A DNA stretch of 64,000 nt, from assembly GCA_963667015.2 (NCBI GenBank), contig CAXXJJ010000001.1, positions 1,344,001 to 1,408,000 on the forward strand, read 5' to 3'. The notes under the pieces are model-generated. The model saw nothing but the letters and a program-made list of their open reading frames with translations, searched no databases and was not told the DNA's origin. Numbering within the stretch: the stretch's first letter is position 1; each line of letters opens with the position of its first letter. Made by a program: the position numbers and the translations under genes. The stretch comes from Desulfatiglandales bacterium (GTDB lineage Bacteria > Desulfobacterota > DSM-4660 > Desulfatiglandales > HGW-15). Positions 1 through 10,190 of this stretch are shown one piece after another.

Positions 1-5
1 TCACA

Positions 6-1313
6 TTGATGATGAGTCTGGCGCTCAACTATTATGCGATATTCCTTACCGATGTCGCGCTTATAACCGCCGCGCATATGGGTACAATTATGTTTATAAC
101 CCATTTTGTGGATTTTGCATCAATCCCCTTCTCCGGCAGCATAATTCAAAAGACCCAGTTCCGCTGGGGACAGTTCAGGTCATGGTTGCTTATTCCACCG
201 ATATTTACAGCCATTTTTTTCACCCTCACATTTACAAATCTACCTGTAGGTTATAGCACAAAAGTTATTTATTTAAGCCTTGCCTACATGATTGCCCATG
301 TAAATCTAAACTTTGCTTTCAATGCACACCTGGGCCTGATTTCTGTAGTGGCAAACAATGTCAGGGAAAGACTCAGGATGTCAACAAGGAATATGCAGTG
401 GGGCATGTTCAGCCAGATTGTCTTCAGCCTGGTTGTTGTTAAATACATGCTTTACTATTTCAGTGAGCAGAGTCCGACCTGGGGATATTTTTATACTGTC
501 GGGATACTGGCTGTTGTTCAGGTTTTCGGATACTGGTTTCTTTTTTATCAGACGCGAAACTACGAAAAATATGATCCGGATAAAAAACTCAAGGCTGCTT
601 TTGATTTAAATTTTAAAGAGATGGTAATGCAGGTTCTGGCAAACAAGCATCTGCGGCTTATCATGACAGCGGATGTTGCTGTTAATCTGGGAATCTTCAG
701 CCTTTCCACATTCGCTCCCTACTATTTCAAGTATATAACCGGAAATGAGCAGTTCATGGTCCAGTACACGCTTTTATTAGGCATCGGTGTCTTTGCAAGC
801 ACACTTATCGCACCCATGGTAGTAAAAATATTCGGAAAGAGAAATACATACCTGTTTGCAGGGCTCTGGGGTACAGTCGGGTACTGTTCTCTGAGGATGT
901 TTGGCGCATCAGACCCATGGGTATATTCAGTAATTGTCCTGGTATCAGTGCTTGGGGCCGGTACAAGTTATCCCATACGTCAGGCAATGTATATGGATGC
1001 TGCAGAATACGGGTATTATAAAACAGGTAAAGATGCGAGCGCATTTATTATGTCAATGTATACCCTGCCGACCAAGATAGCGATCATGATAGCAACATCG
1101 GGTGCAGGTTATGGCCTTGCACTTATAGGATTTAAGGCGAATATTGCCCAGACCCCCGAGGTCTTAAACAACATGATGAATATCATCTGTTTCATTCCGG
1201 CAGGGAGCGGCTTTACTGCATTTCTGGTAATGCTTTTTTACTCACTTTCAGATGACAAACTCCATAAAATTATGGAGACGAACGCAGCTAAAAAGGCGGA
1301 AGCAAAGGCGTAA
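6..1313 (+). CDS. MFS transporter, GPH (Na+/melibiose symporter-like) family; 5' end probably outside window
   Basis: About 12 hydrophobic segments; GPH-like motifs 'TQFRWGQFRSWLL' and 'MYMDAAEYGYYKTG'. Confidence 0.8.
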   Translation: MMMSLALNYYAIFLTDVALITAAHMGTIMFITHFVDFASIPFSGSIIQKTQFRWGQFRSWLLIPPIFTAIFFTLTFTNLPVGYSTKVIYLSLAYMIAHVNLNFAFNAHLGLISVVANNVRERLRMSTRNMQWGMFSQIVFSLVVVKYMLYYFSEQSPTWGYFYTVGILAVVQVFGYWFLFYQTRNYEKYDPDKKLKAAFDLNFKEMVMQVLANKHLRLIMTADVAVNLGIFSLSTFAPYYFKYITGNEQFMVQYTLLLGIGVFASTLIAPMVVKIFGKRNTYLFAGLWGTVGYCSLRMFGASDPWVYSVIVLVSVLGAGTSYPIRQAMYMDAAEYGYYKTGKDASAFIMSMYTLPTKIAIMIATSGAGYGLALIGFKANIAQTPEVLNNMMNIICFIPAGSGFTAFLVMLFYSLSDDKLHKIMETNAAKKAEAKA

Positions 1314-1374
1314 AAAAAAACTTCATTCTATTTACACCTTAGCGAAGACTGGGCGAATATCCCGACGCTGTTTC

Positions 1375-1430
1375 GAGAACCGGGGATGACTACTCAGCCT
1401 GTCATTCCCCGGCTCCGACCGGGGAATCCA
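1375..1430. repeat. REP-like palindrome between convergent genes
   Basis: GTCATTCCCCGGCTCCGACCGGGGAATCCA (1401-1430), preceded by the inverted half CCGGGGATGAC. Confidence 0.55.
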
Positions 1431-1515
1431 TGTTTTTATTTTCCAGCATTTAAATATACAAGAGCTAATCCGACATACTCCTTGATGACAAATTTAAAAT
1501 CCATATTTTCCTGAT

Positions 1516-3399
1516 CTATTCACCATATAAAATCTGCTTGCGCAGATCCTGCATAATTGTTTGCCCAAGCTCTCTAATATCCGGGTAAATATCAGGAGTG
1601 CACAGCCCACGTGGAGTCATGACTGTAAGTTTCCTTTCTCTCTTAAGCGTCTGTCCATCAAGTGTATAAGTTGCACTGTAACTTCCATATTTGTTGCTGT
1701 AATTTGTATTCTTTGGCATTAAAGTAATCTTAATTCCATCTGGTAAGGTCACGGATGTTGTTTCAATTTTTGTATATCCACTGCTGTACATTGGATGTTT
1801 CCTTTCAGGCAAGTCAGGCATGAAAGCCAGGATCCTGATCGGGGAGGGATTTGGAACTCCAGGGGGTATAGTAAGTGCTCCGGGTCCCGGGATCAACATG
1901 GTATCTTTCATTGTAAACTCTGTTTCTATTTTAAGTTCCCCTTTAAGGTCACGCGGATCTCCGCCTGTTATATTTCCTTCTCCCTGAAAACCTGATCTCG
2001 ATATTAGTACTCGTGCGGCCTGGTCTTCTCTCCCGGGTGGGATGGTGGCCTTAAAACTACGTAAAACATAGTCCATTCCGCCACTTGCTTCCATAACTGC
2101 TTTTCCATTTGCGTTTCCATCATTAGTAATGGTCATGGTAGTGACTGTTTTGAGTATTGATTCTTCCGGCGTATTTTCAGGTATCATCATTATGCCTGAA
2201 CTTTTTTTGACCCCGCGGGTAACTAAAACAAATTTGCCGCGTTCCTGATTTGGCAGTACGCCAAAAGGTGCGGTTTCGGCAGTTGGGTCAACAAAAATAT
2301 CAAATTCCGGCAGATATGTAATTGCATGGTTATAGATACTCGGGATTGCAACATCCGGCTGCCAGTAGAAGTCTGATGCATTGATAAGTACAGGTGCTGA
2401 TTTAATACCTTTTGCAGTGAGAAGCGAATTGAGAAGAACGACTTTATCTTTGCAGTCGCCATAACCTGTTTGCTTAATAGTAACAGCATCCCTGGGTACA
2501 ACACCTCCAAGGCCGAAATTTAAAGCAACATATCTGATGTTCTTAACCACCCATTGATAAAGCTCGGCTGCCTGATCGCGTTTATTCGCAATACCATCAG
2601 TAATTTCATCCGCAAGTTTTTGTATTTCATCCGTAACCATTTCCTTATCGGCTGCGCGTGCCAGATAGGCTTCAGCAACTTCATTAAAGTTGGCAAAGGT
2701 GGTGACTGCCAGGCGAGGACTGTAGTTTGCCTCGTCTATCGCTCCCTCCTCAGGTTTTTGACCTTTCTGGTCTTTAATAGTCCAAACCCATTTTGATTTT
2801 CCCGGGAGATCAGATTTAACCTGGCCGCCTTCAATATCAATAGCCTGAACATAGATTTTTAAATTTTTTGGAGTAATTATGGTAATTGTTGCGTTTTTAA
2901 TATCAACGCTTTGTGGAATCATCTCGAACATGGAGAATTGGTTTTCGAAAAGAGGCTTTATTTGTTTTTGTTTATAGTGATAGGTCTTGGCTGCACCAAC
3001 CGCAATCTGGGGAAATACGATAACTGTAATCTTAATATCACCAAATGCAGGCGCGGTTGTGCTTATTGGGCTCTGTTGTGTAATTATCTTATCGTCAGGT
3101 ACGACAATTTTTTCCCCGTCAGCCGTCTCGGTATAGGCTTCCAGTACTTCCAGATTTTGCATAGTTTCGCTATAGGAAAGATACGTCTGAGCTGAAGATT
3201 GTACAGCCTGATCAATATTTATTCGGATCTTTCCAAATGCATCCTGAGTGTAAGTGCCATCCTCATTGACAGTATAGGTTACATCCAATTGCTCAATTGT
3301 AAGAGGTGATTTGTATTCCGGAGCAGCAAGCTGTGCTGTGGCAGTTCCGGTACTGATAAGAATAAAAAAGAAAGCCGCAAAATATGAACAGAGTCTCAT
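1516..3399 (-). CDS. Secreted DUF3857 + transglutaminase-like domain protein
   Basis: Signal peptide; catalytic triad motifs 'GYGDCKDK', 'YNHAI', 'FVDPT'. Confidence 0.8.
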   Translation of the reverse strand: MRLCSYFAAFFFILISTGTATAQLAAPEYKSPLTIEQLDVTYTVNEDGTYTQDAFGKIRINIDQAVQSSAQTYLSYSETMQNLEVLEAYTETADGEKIVVPDDKIITQQSPISTTAPAFGDIKITVIVFPQIAVGAAKTYHYKQKQIKPLFENQFSMFEMIPQSVDIKNATITIITPKNLKIYVQAIDIEGGQVKSDLPGKSKWVWTIKDQKGQKPEEGAIDEANYSPRLAVTTFANFNEVAEAYLARAADKEMVTDEIQKLADEITDGIANKRDQAAELYQWVVKNIRYVALNFGLGGVVPRDAVTIKQTGYGDCKDKVVLLNSLLTAKGIKSAPVLINASDFYWQPDVAIPSIYNHAITYLPEFDIFVDPTAETAPFGVLPNQERGKFVLVTRGVKKSSGIMMIPENTPEESILKTVTTMTITNDGNANGKAVMEASGGMDYVLRSFKATIPPGREDQAARVLISRSGFQGEGNITGGDPRDLKGELKIETEFTMKDTMLIPGPGALTIPPGVPNPSPIRILAFMPDLPERKHPMYSSGYTKIETTSVTLPDGIKITLMPKNTNYSNKYGSYSATYTLDGQTLKRERKLTVMTPRGLCTPDIYPDIRELGQTIMQDLRKQILYGE

Positions 3400-3493
3400 A
3401 ATATTTGTCTCCTTACTATTTTTAAATTAATAACATTGGTTTTATTGTTTAAAATTAAATTGTTTAGTAATAGTGTTAAAAGATAATCTTGAT

Positions 3494-4698
3494 TTATGGT
3501 TGCTGGCTTGCAAAAGCCGTCTTTGGAACATGCATTGATGAATGAGCTTTTTCGAGGCAATCAGGAATATAAATATGCTGGGGGCACTTTTCCAGACAAG
3601 TACCGCATTTATTACATTTGTCTGCCCTCTGTTCCTGATTAAAACCATATGGGCTGTTATACCAGATTATCCCATGTTTAGGATCTTCATACATGCAGGA
3701 ATCATTATACATGTTAAAAACACCCGGAATATCAACTCCATTAGGGCATGGCATGCAATATCGACAGGATGTACATGGTACAGGCCTTAAAGCTTTATAG
3801 TCTTTCCTGACCTGTTTGACTAAATTACGATCTGCATCAGTAAATTTCCCTGGCCCTGATCGTTCAGCTAGAGATATATTTTCAATTACCTGATCCATCG
3901 TACTCATACCACTCAGTACAACAGAGATTTCCTCCTGGTCCCAGAGCCACTGTAACCCCCACTCAGCAAGACTCCTTTTTTTATCAGCTGAATTCCAGAG
4001 TTCTGATATCTTTTGGGGTGGAGTTTTAGTCAACTGTCCACCTCTTAACGGTTCCATTATTACAATTCCCATGTCTTTCGAGGCTGCGTATTCAATTCCC
4101 CGTTTGCCGGCCTGGTCATTGATATCCATGTAGTTATATTGAAGCTGGCATATAGACCAGTTGTCATTTGAATCAGTTATTATCTTGAAGTTTTCAAAAT
4201 TATCATGAAAGGAAAATCCGGTATGTTCTATTTTCCCTTTAGCCATTAAACCATCCAGCCATGGAATTACCCCTAAATCACGTACTTTTGGCCAGTTAAG
4301 ACCGGAAAGTGCATGAAGGAGGTAAAAGTCTATTTTTTCAGTTTCAAGGCGTTCAAACTGCTCATTAAAAAAACGATCAAAATCATCTTTATGTTCAACC
4401 AGGTAAACTGGGAGTTTTGTAGCAATTTTAACTTTATCTCGATAACCATCTTTTAATGCCTTTGAAATAATTTTTCACTTTCACCGCCATGATAAAAATA
4501 ACCTGTATCTATATAATTTACGCCATGATCGATTGCATATCGAATCATTTTTATTGACTCGGTTTCATCGACTTTTGGAAATACCGGGTTTTTTGTAATT
4601 TTTCTAGGTATAGTCTCCGCTATCAGCGGTAAACGCATTGCACCAAAGCCCAACGCAGATACCTTATAGCCAGTTTTTCCGAGGTTCCTGAACTCCAT
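3494..4698 (-). pseudogene. Aldo/keto reductase with C-terminal 4Fe-4S dicluster domain, split by a 1-nt frameshift (real or assembly error)
   Basis: N-term '[19 protein letters not shown]...[11 protein letters not shown]' (4453-4698). One extra A in the A5 run at 4471-4475 restores '..[24 protein letters not shown]..' in frame with 3494-4246, which carries 'CTSCRYCMPCP' and 'CNKCGTCLEKCP'. Confidence 0.8.
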
Positions 4699-4741
4699 AT
4701 CCTTTCCTCATCATGTTAGTCGCTGTATATTTAAATACGCA

Positions 4742-5035
4742 TTAGTCATAATCAGGCACTTCAAACTCAAGTTTGGTTATGCAGTATTTTTCCCATTTGG
4801 GAGTCACATCATCAAAAAGAATGTTCTCTTCCTTGTAAACGTCATCTGTCACAACATAATTTTCCTGGAGATATACGATAGATTCATCGGTAAGTGTTCG
4901 TGGTTCTTCTACCTCTTTTCCATCAATTTCTAATTTTTCTTTCCGTGCATTTTGTGTATTCTCTTTCCATTTTCGATATTTTCTCATATCGCCTAAGTGA
5001 TATGCCTTGCAATATTTGCTCATAACTTTAATCAT
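4742..5035 (-). CDS. Small hypothetical protein (97 aa), translationally coupled to the thioesterase
   Basis: AGGAG RBS before ATG 5035; overlaps TE stop; 'KYCKAY...YLQENYVVTDDVY..ENILFDDVTPKW' looks like a real globular protein. Confidence 0.7.
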   Translation of the reverse strand: MIKVMSKYCKAYHLGDMRKYRKWKENTQNARKEKLEIDGKEVEEPRTLTDESIVYLQENYVVTDDVYKEENILFDDVTPKWEKYCITKLEFEVPDYD

Positions 5036-5792
5036 GGTTTCTTCTCCTATATCCTGCCACTTCCTGATTAATAATATTAATAACTTCATCCAGGTTTGTA
5101 TTTATGAACAGATGTTTTCCCTGAATCATTTTCAAGTTAAAATCCTTACTTGTATGTGCATTCCACGCCTCTGCATCCTCGCGGCTGACCCGCTTGTCAG
5201 ACATTCCCCATAGCGAAGTAATACTGCAATCAAGTGGTTCGTCTTCAGTGTATTTCATTGTATTGAGCATCTCTATGTCCGCCCTTAAAACCGGAAGAAC
5301 CATGTCCAATAAATCCCTGTTATGCAGAACTTCATCCACCATACCTCCGAATTTTATCAATTTATCAATAAACTCTTTTTCTTCCATTGTATAATGAAGT
5401 GCATCCGGTTTTTCCGGAAGATGCGGAGCTCGAGCACCTGATATAAAAATATGTGTTGGAAGGGGCAAATTATATTTTCTTAAATAGCGCGACATATAAA
5501 AACTGATATGAGCGCCAAGGCTGTGACCAAAAAACATAAAAGGCATATTTAAAACAGGGAGGATCGCAGGAGTAAGGTCATTGATTAGATCAGAAATCCT
5601 TCTGTAAGGCTTCTCATTAAATCGATTTTCACGGCCCGGAAGCTTAACCATACATAGTTCAATTTCGTTTGATATATTTTCAATCCAATTAAAAAAAACA
5701 GATGCTCCGCCACCAGCATAGGGGAAGCAAAACAGCCGCACCCTTGCGTCAGGTTGTTCTTTTGGGCAAACAACCCATCTATTACTGTACAA
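5028..5792 (-). CDS. Type II (stand-alone) thioesterase
   Basis: 'RLFCFPYAGGGAS', GxSxG 'FFGHSLGA', C-terminal 'GKHLF'. Confidence 0.92.
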   Translation of the reverse strand: MYSNRWVVCPKEQPDARVRLFCFPYAGGGASVFFNWIENISNEIELCMVKLPGRENRFNEKPYRRISDLINDLTPAILPVLNMPFMFFGHSLGAHISFYMSRYLRKYNLPLPTHIFISGARAPHLPEKPDALHYTMEEKEFIDKLIKFGGMVDEVLHNRDLLDMVLPVLRADIEMLNTMKYTEDEPLDCSITSLWGMSDKRVSREDAEAWNAHTSKDFNLKMIQGKHLFINTNLDEVINIINQEVAGYRRRNHD

Positions 5793-5937
5793 AATTCAAC
5801 TCTCTATTAATATTATTATCAATAACGTCAGCTCATAAAAGCGGATTTTTCTGAAACTTTTAAGGAAAAGAATAATTTTCACAATCGAACCTATCACGCT
5901 TTTCATTCCCGCCGCTTTTCAGATATTTATTAGGAGA

Positions 5938-6903
5938 CTAAGTTCTGAAGGAGCCTGCTGAAACACTCCTTTCATTATTTTGGTCTTCAACAAAATAGTT
6001 GAATCCATTTTCACCAAAGAGCCAGTTTGCACATTCATCTCCCAATTCAGATATGGCTAACTCTTTGTATTCTAAAATATCATTAGTACTGAGATAGTCC
6101 TTCCATTGACTGTTTTTACCATTTAGGTAAAAAGTGCCGGCTCCGCCAACTAATGTATCGGATCCTTTAGGAGTAGTTTTTTCAGGATTTTTTTTCATCC
6201 ATTCATAAGAGCAATACTCCATAATTAGTTCCATTTGCTCGGAGGTAACCGGAATCTCGAGAAATTCTGCAACCCCTGATATTTCTCTTTCGAGGTCTTC
6301 TTTAAGAGAATTAAAATGTATGAGTTTAATAAAAGGTAGATTGCGAATATTCCACCAACTGCGGACGTTATTCCAAAAAGGCCACATTGGATAACCATCT
6401 TCATATAACCAGCTTTTCCAAAACTCATAAAAATTGCCAGTAGGGCGGTTTAGTGGCGGGCCAACTCGACCTTCTATTTTCGCTTTAAGGGCAAAGGATC
6501 CTTTACGAAATTTTTTCAGCCAATTATATAGACTCCAAACAATATCGGGTGCATTTCGTGCCACATATATATATTTTGCTTTTGAAGAAAAGACCAGAGT
6601 ATTTGCGGCTAAATGAGTTTTAATAAATCGTCTATGGGATTGATTATTTAAAATATTAAATTTTTCCTCTTTTGACAGATAAAGAAGATCTAGCCAAAAA
6701 GATAAGGTACTTGTAAGGAGATCGGGGTTGCCTCTAAAAATTAATTGCCCTACTATCTGCTGGACCCATGCAGTACCTGACCTTGCCCAGGATGCTATTA
6801 CGATGTCATCATCACGATATTTAAAATCATTCCATATAGTAGAATCAATGGTATGGTTTTGAAATTCATGTGTCTTTTTGGGCATAAAATCATTATTTAA
6901 CAT
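5938..6903 (-). CDS. PAPS-dependent sulfotransferase (Sulfotransfer_1 / SULT-like)
   Basis: 'DDIVIASWARSGTAW' (variant 5'-PSB loop), 'RFIKTHL', 'YIYVARNAPDIVWS', 'GKNSQWK'. Confidence 0.85.
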   Translation of the reverse strand: MLNNDFMPKKTHEFQNHTIDSTIWNDFKYRDDDIVIASWARSGTAWVQQIVGQLIFRGNPDLLTSTLSFWLDLLYLSKEEKFNILNNQSHRRFIKTHLAANTLVFSSKAKYIYVARNAPDIVWSLYNWLKKFRKGSFALKAKIEGRVGPPLNRPTGNFYEFWKSWLYEDGYPMWPFWNNVRSWWNIRNLPFIKLIHFNSLKEDLEREISGVAEFLEIPVTSEQMELIMEYCSYEWMKKNPEKTTPKGSDTLVGGAGTFYLNGKNSQWKDYLSTNDILEYKELAISELGDECANWLFGENGFNYFVEDQNNERSVSAGSFRT

Positions 6904-7063
6904 TTTTTTACCTCCTGATTGGTAATATTAAATTATATAAACAGAAGACACTTTAGTAGGATACTTTATCTAATGGTGGAATAGGAGCATCATCGGTTGT
7001 AATGATTGTAGTTGTTACATCTAAAAAACCAATAGATGTTTTGTGCAGATGACTGTAATACTA

Positions 7064-7762
7064 TTAATTTCTTTTTGAATAATATGAGACTCTAATAGAT
7101 TGTTCATAATCGCCAACCTCTCTCAAATCCTTTAATTTTTCGCTGCTCCAATGGAGTTCTTTAAAATTGAAACCATATGTTTTTAATATCAATTCAATAT
7201 AGTTTTTTGTTGGCCAGGCAACTAAATCTATTGGGTCAATTGTCGACCCTTCTATCTCATGGCTTTCCGGCATAAACACCAGGCACGGCTTCTCATCAGT
7301 ATCTTTGCTAATAAGTGTGTCGAGTAAAAAATGTTCAGGCTGAATACGTCTTATCTCACTAATTAACTCACTTTGCCGTATTGTATGATAAAAAAAACCA
7401 AAGCAAAGGACTGTATCAAATTCTTTCGGTTTCACTCTGTGGAGGTAGTCGAAAATATCACCTTGAACAAAACTAAAATTCTTTGGTTCGTATCCCATGT
7501 CTATTAAATTTTTCTTAGCTGACTTAACAAGATGATGTCTACCTTCAACACCCGTAACATGTCTTGCGCCTAATTCTAAACATGCATATGAAAACCTCCC
7601 ATCATGGCTTGCCAGATCAAGAATTCGTTTATCTTTTATTGCTTCCTGATTACTGGCGAGAAGGATTTCACATCGAAAGTTTAACCGGTCCAGGGATGCG
7701 CCGGTTTGACTGCTTTGAAGGAAAGGGGTATTCTCATAATTTATTCTAAAATTGCTCGTCAT
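7064..7762 (-). CDS. Class I SAM-dependent methyltransferase
   Basis: Motif I variant 'RILDLASHDG', 'VTGVEGR', 'FDTVLCFGFFYH'. Confidence 0.85.
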   Translation of the reverse strand: MTSNFRINYENTPFLQSSQTGASLDRLNFRCEILLASNQEAIKDKRILDLASHDGRFSYACLELGARHVTGVEGRHHLVKSAKKNLIDMGYEPKNFSFVQGDIFDYLHRVKPKEFDTVLCFGFFYHTIRQSELISEIRRIQPEHFLLDTLISKDTDEKPCLVFMPESHEIEGSTIDPIDLVAWPTKNYIELILKTYGFNFKELHWSSEKLKDLREVGDYEQSIRVSYYSKRN

Positions 7763-7880
7763 ATCATCCTACCTTTCTAATATAAAATATTGGCTCTGAG
7801 ACATGCATGTTATCCCGGCCTAAAGTTCATTTAATTCCATTTTATTAGGAAAATTTCATTGTGTTATGTACATGATGGGG

Positions 7881-7930
7881 TAAAGATTTTTCACCACGGA
7901 GAGCATCCGCCTTCGCTGAAGCTATGGCGG
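7881..7930. repeat. Arm of ~50-bp inverted repeat (partner 9712-9762) containing a REP-like core
   Basis: TAAAGATTTTTCACCACGGAGAGCATCCGCCTTCGCTGAAGCTATGGC matches the reverse complement of 9712-9762 with few mismatches. Confidence 0.8.
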
Positions 7931-8001
7931 GACAGGCAGAGGAAACGGAGATATTTATAAAACAAATCTTTTTATTCCGTGGATAGCACAAGTATATTCA
8001 T

Positions 8002-9525
8002 CTAGTTTGCACCATCAATCACACTCGTATGTGGTTTCATTTTCATTTCCGACATTCGTATTTCAGGGTTTTTAATAATCTGGTTAAGAAGCAGCACATA
8101 GTCATTTGAAAGATTTACAATTGTTGATCTGTCATAAAATGAATCTTTATATGTGAAAGTTCCATTTATGGTTTCTCCTGCCTCCCTTAATACTGTCTCA
8201 ATTGGAAATAGAGCAAATGTTGGCTGTTCTACTTTCAGGGGTATAAACATCATAGGTTGAGGCATATTCTGGGATCTCGCACTATCAGCCTCTCTTTCTG
8301 TTTTGGGTTGAATTTCCTGTTTTTCAGATGCGGTCTCCGAAGACTTGGCAGATTTCCCCCCAAAACTTTGTAGCTGAAAGTTAACGAGCGGGCTCTGGGG
8401 CGGGATTATTTTTCTGACAAGGCAAAAGGGTATATAATTGTCATATACTTTTAAAAGTGTTTTATTTGTTCTATCAAGAACTTCAAGGAAAGTTAAATCC
8501 CTGTCCAGTTCTATATAATAAAATTGCCAATCCATAAAACATCCCATTAAAGGTTCTGTTTCCTTTTGAGTGCGATTTGCAACAACAAAAGTGAAATAAT
8601 TATATTTATATCCGCTGAAAATATGAATCAGCTCTATAAATGCAGCATATAAAATTGTGAACAGAGTAACACCATTTTCCTTGCATATTTTTTTTAGTTC
8701 CCTGGTCATTTGTGGCAATAATACTACCGGAACAATACCACCACCATAAGATAACTTATCTGGTTCATGGTCAACAGGTAAAAAAGAGTTTATTTTTCCA
8801 GTGAACTGCTTCCAGTATTCAAGTTTTTCTTCAAGATATTCCCCGGAAAACCGCTCCCGTTCCCATATTGCAAAGTCAGCATATTGTAGTGATAACTCTG
8901 GAAAAGATATCGGTATGTTTAATGAGTAAGATTGATAGCGAGTCAATAATTCAAATTGTAACACTCCCATAGATAGGCCATCTGTAGCAATATGGTTAGT
9001 AAAAATATACAGGGCATGTTCGTCTTTAGCCGTTATTATGGTAAATGATATCATTAACTGGTCTTTAAAAAATGAAAATGATTCCGATGCCCTGCTCAAT
9101 GCTATTCTATTAAGTTCATCTTTTCTTTCATCTTCAGTTAAATTATCTAAGTCTATCACTTTAAGAATATTATCTGGCACTTCATTTATAACCTGGTATG
9201 ACTGTTTCTCAACTACTTCATAACTAGTACGTAGAATTTTATGCCGTTTTACTATTTCCTGGATCGCTTTATGAAAAGCTGATAGATTAACTCGTCCTTT
9301 TATTAGATACCCTAGCGCGGGACCTGGAGCTCTATCTTTTTCAGGGTCATGAACCCCATTAATTACGGGCATTAATATTCCTTCCTGAATATATGAAACA
9401 GGTATTCTACCTTTTTTATCCTGGGGGATAATTCTTTCATTATTTTCTATTTCTTTCTGTTTTTTTAACTTCAAAAACATTTCTCTTTTTTCTGCTAAAG
9501 AAGACGGAATTGCGTGTTCAGGCAT
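8002..9525 (-). CDS. Stand-alone NRPS condensation domain protein
   Basis: 'IPVSYIQEGI', 'RHKILRTSY', active site 'NHIATDG', 'LQYADFAIWER', 'ANRTQKETEPLMGCF'; no A or PCP domain. Confidence 0.9.
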   Translation of the reverse strand: MPEHAIPSSLAEKREMFLKLKKQKEIENNERIIPQDKKGRIPVSYIQEGILMPVINGVHDPEKDRAPGPALGYLIKGRVNLSAFHKAIQEIVKRHKILRTSYEVVEKQSYQVINEVPDNILKVIDLDNLTEDERKDELNRIALSRASESFSFFKDQLMISFTIITAKDEHALYIFTNHIATDGLSMGVLQFELLTRYQSYSLNIPISFPELSLQYADFAIWERERFSGEYLEEKLEYWKQFTGKINSFLPVDHEPDKLSYGGGIVPVVLLPQMTRELKKICKENGVTLFTILYAAFIELIHIFSGYKYNYFTFVVANRTQKETEPLMGCFMDWQFYYIELDRDLTFLEVLDRTNKTLLKVYDNYIPFCLVRKIIPPQSPLVNFQLQSFGGKSAKSSETASEKQEIQPKTEREADSARSQNMPQPMMFIPLKVEQPTFALFPIETVLREAGETINGTFTYKDSFYDRSTIVNLSNDYVLLLNQIIKNPEIRMSEMKMKPHTSVIDGAN

Positions 9526-9626
9526 TTTATTGACTCCTTAATTCTTTTTTTAAAATCATTATTTTACTTGTATAGCTTAGCGTGCACAATCAGCTTACCT
9601 GGTGGTTTAATAGATTAATTGAATAA

Positions 9627-9686
9627 TTAAACATCATGCCCACTGAAAATCCAATTTGCGCATTTGTCTCCCAATTCATCATTTGG
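9627..9686 (-). pseudogene. C-terminal remnant of a second sulfotransferase gene
   Basis: Translates to NDELGDKCANWIFSGHDV*, versus ISELGDECANWLFGENG near the C-terminus of 5938-6903. Confidence 0.6.
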
Positions 9687-9762
9687 TTAAAGATTTTTCA
9701 CCACAAGAGCATCAGCCACAGCTCCAGCGAAGGCGGATGTACTCCGTGGTGAAAATCTTTAA
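9687..9762. repeat. Hairpin/REP-like element
   Basis: TTAAAGATTTTTCACCAC ... GTGGTGAAAATCTTTAA self-complementary ends enclosing GCCACAGCTCCAGCGAAGGCGGATG. Confidence 0.8.
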
Positions 9763-9821
9763 GTATTTTGTTTTTAGGGTTTGTAATTGACGATTACACC
9801 GTGTTTCATCATAGATATATT

Positions 9822-10184
9822 TTATATAACACCCTCATCCATCTCTTCTTCACCAAGCACTTCATTGTATGTATCTTCAATTTTCTGAGCTATTGCTTTT
9901 ACGGTCTGAAGTTCAAAGATTGTTCGAACAGGCAGTTCCATACCAAAAACTTCATATATTAGGTTTATTATACGGCTTGCCATTAATGAATTGCCGCCCA
10001 GTTCAAAAAAGTTATCATGTCTGCCGATTTTCTCTATCTTGAGGACACTAGACCATATCCGGGTAAGCTCTTCCTCTATTTCACCCACCGGGATCTCATA
10101 AGGAGGAGGGGCTTCTAGATCAAGAGAATCGAAGTGTAGATCTTGATTGTTTTGTTTAAGCGGTTCCATAGAGTTACCTTTCAT
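9822..10184 (-). CDS. Free-standing peptidyl/acyl carrier protein with acidic C-terminal tail (start may be 10169)
   Basis: 'IWSSVL..IGRHDNFFELGGNSL' phosphopantetheine motif; tail EEMDEGVI. Confidence 0.9.
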   Translation of the reverse strand: MKGNSMEPLKQNNQDLHFDSLDLEAPPPYEIPVGEIEEELTRIWSSVLKIEKIGRHDNFFELGGNSLMASRIINLIYEVFGMELPVRTIFELQTVKAIAQKIEDTYNEVLGEEEMDEGVI

Positions 10185-10190
10185 TTGAAA

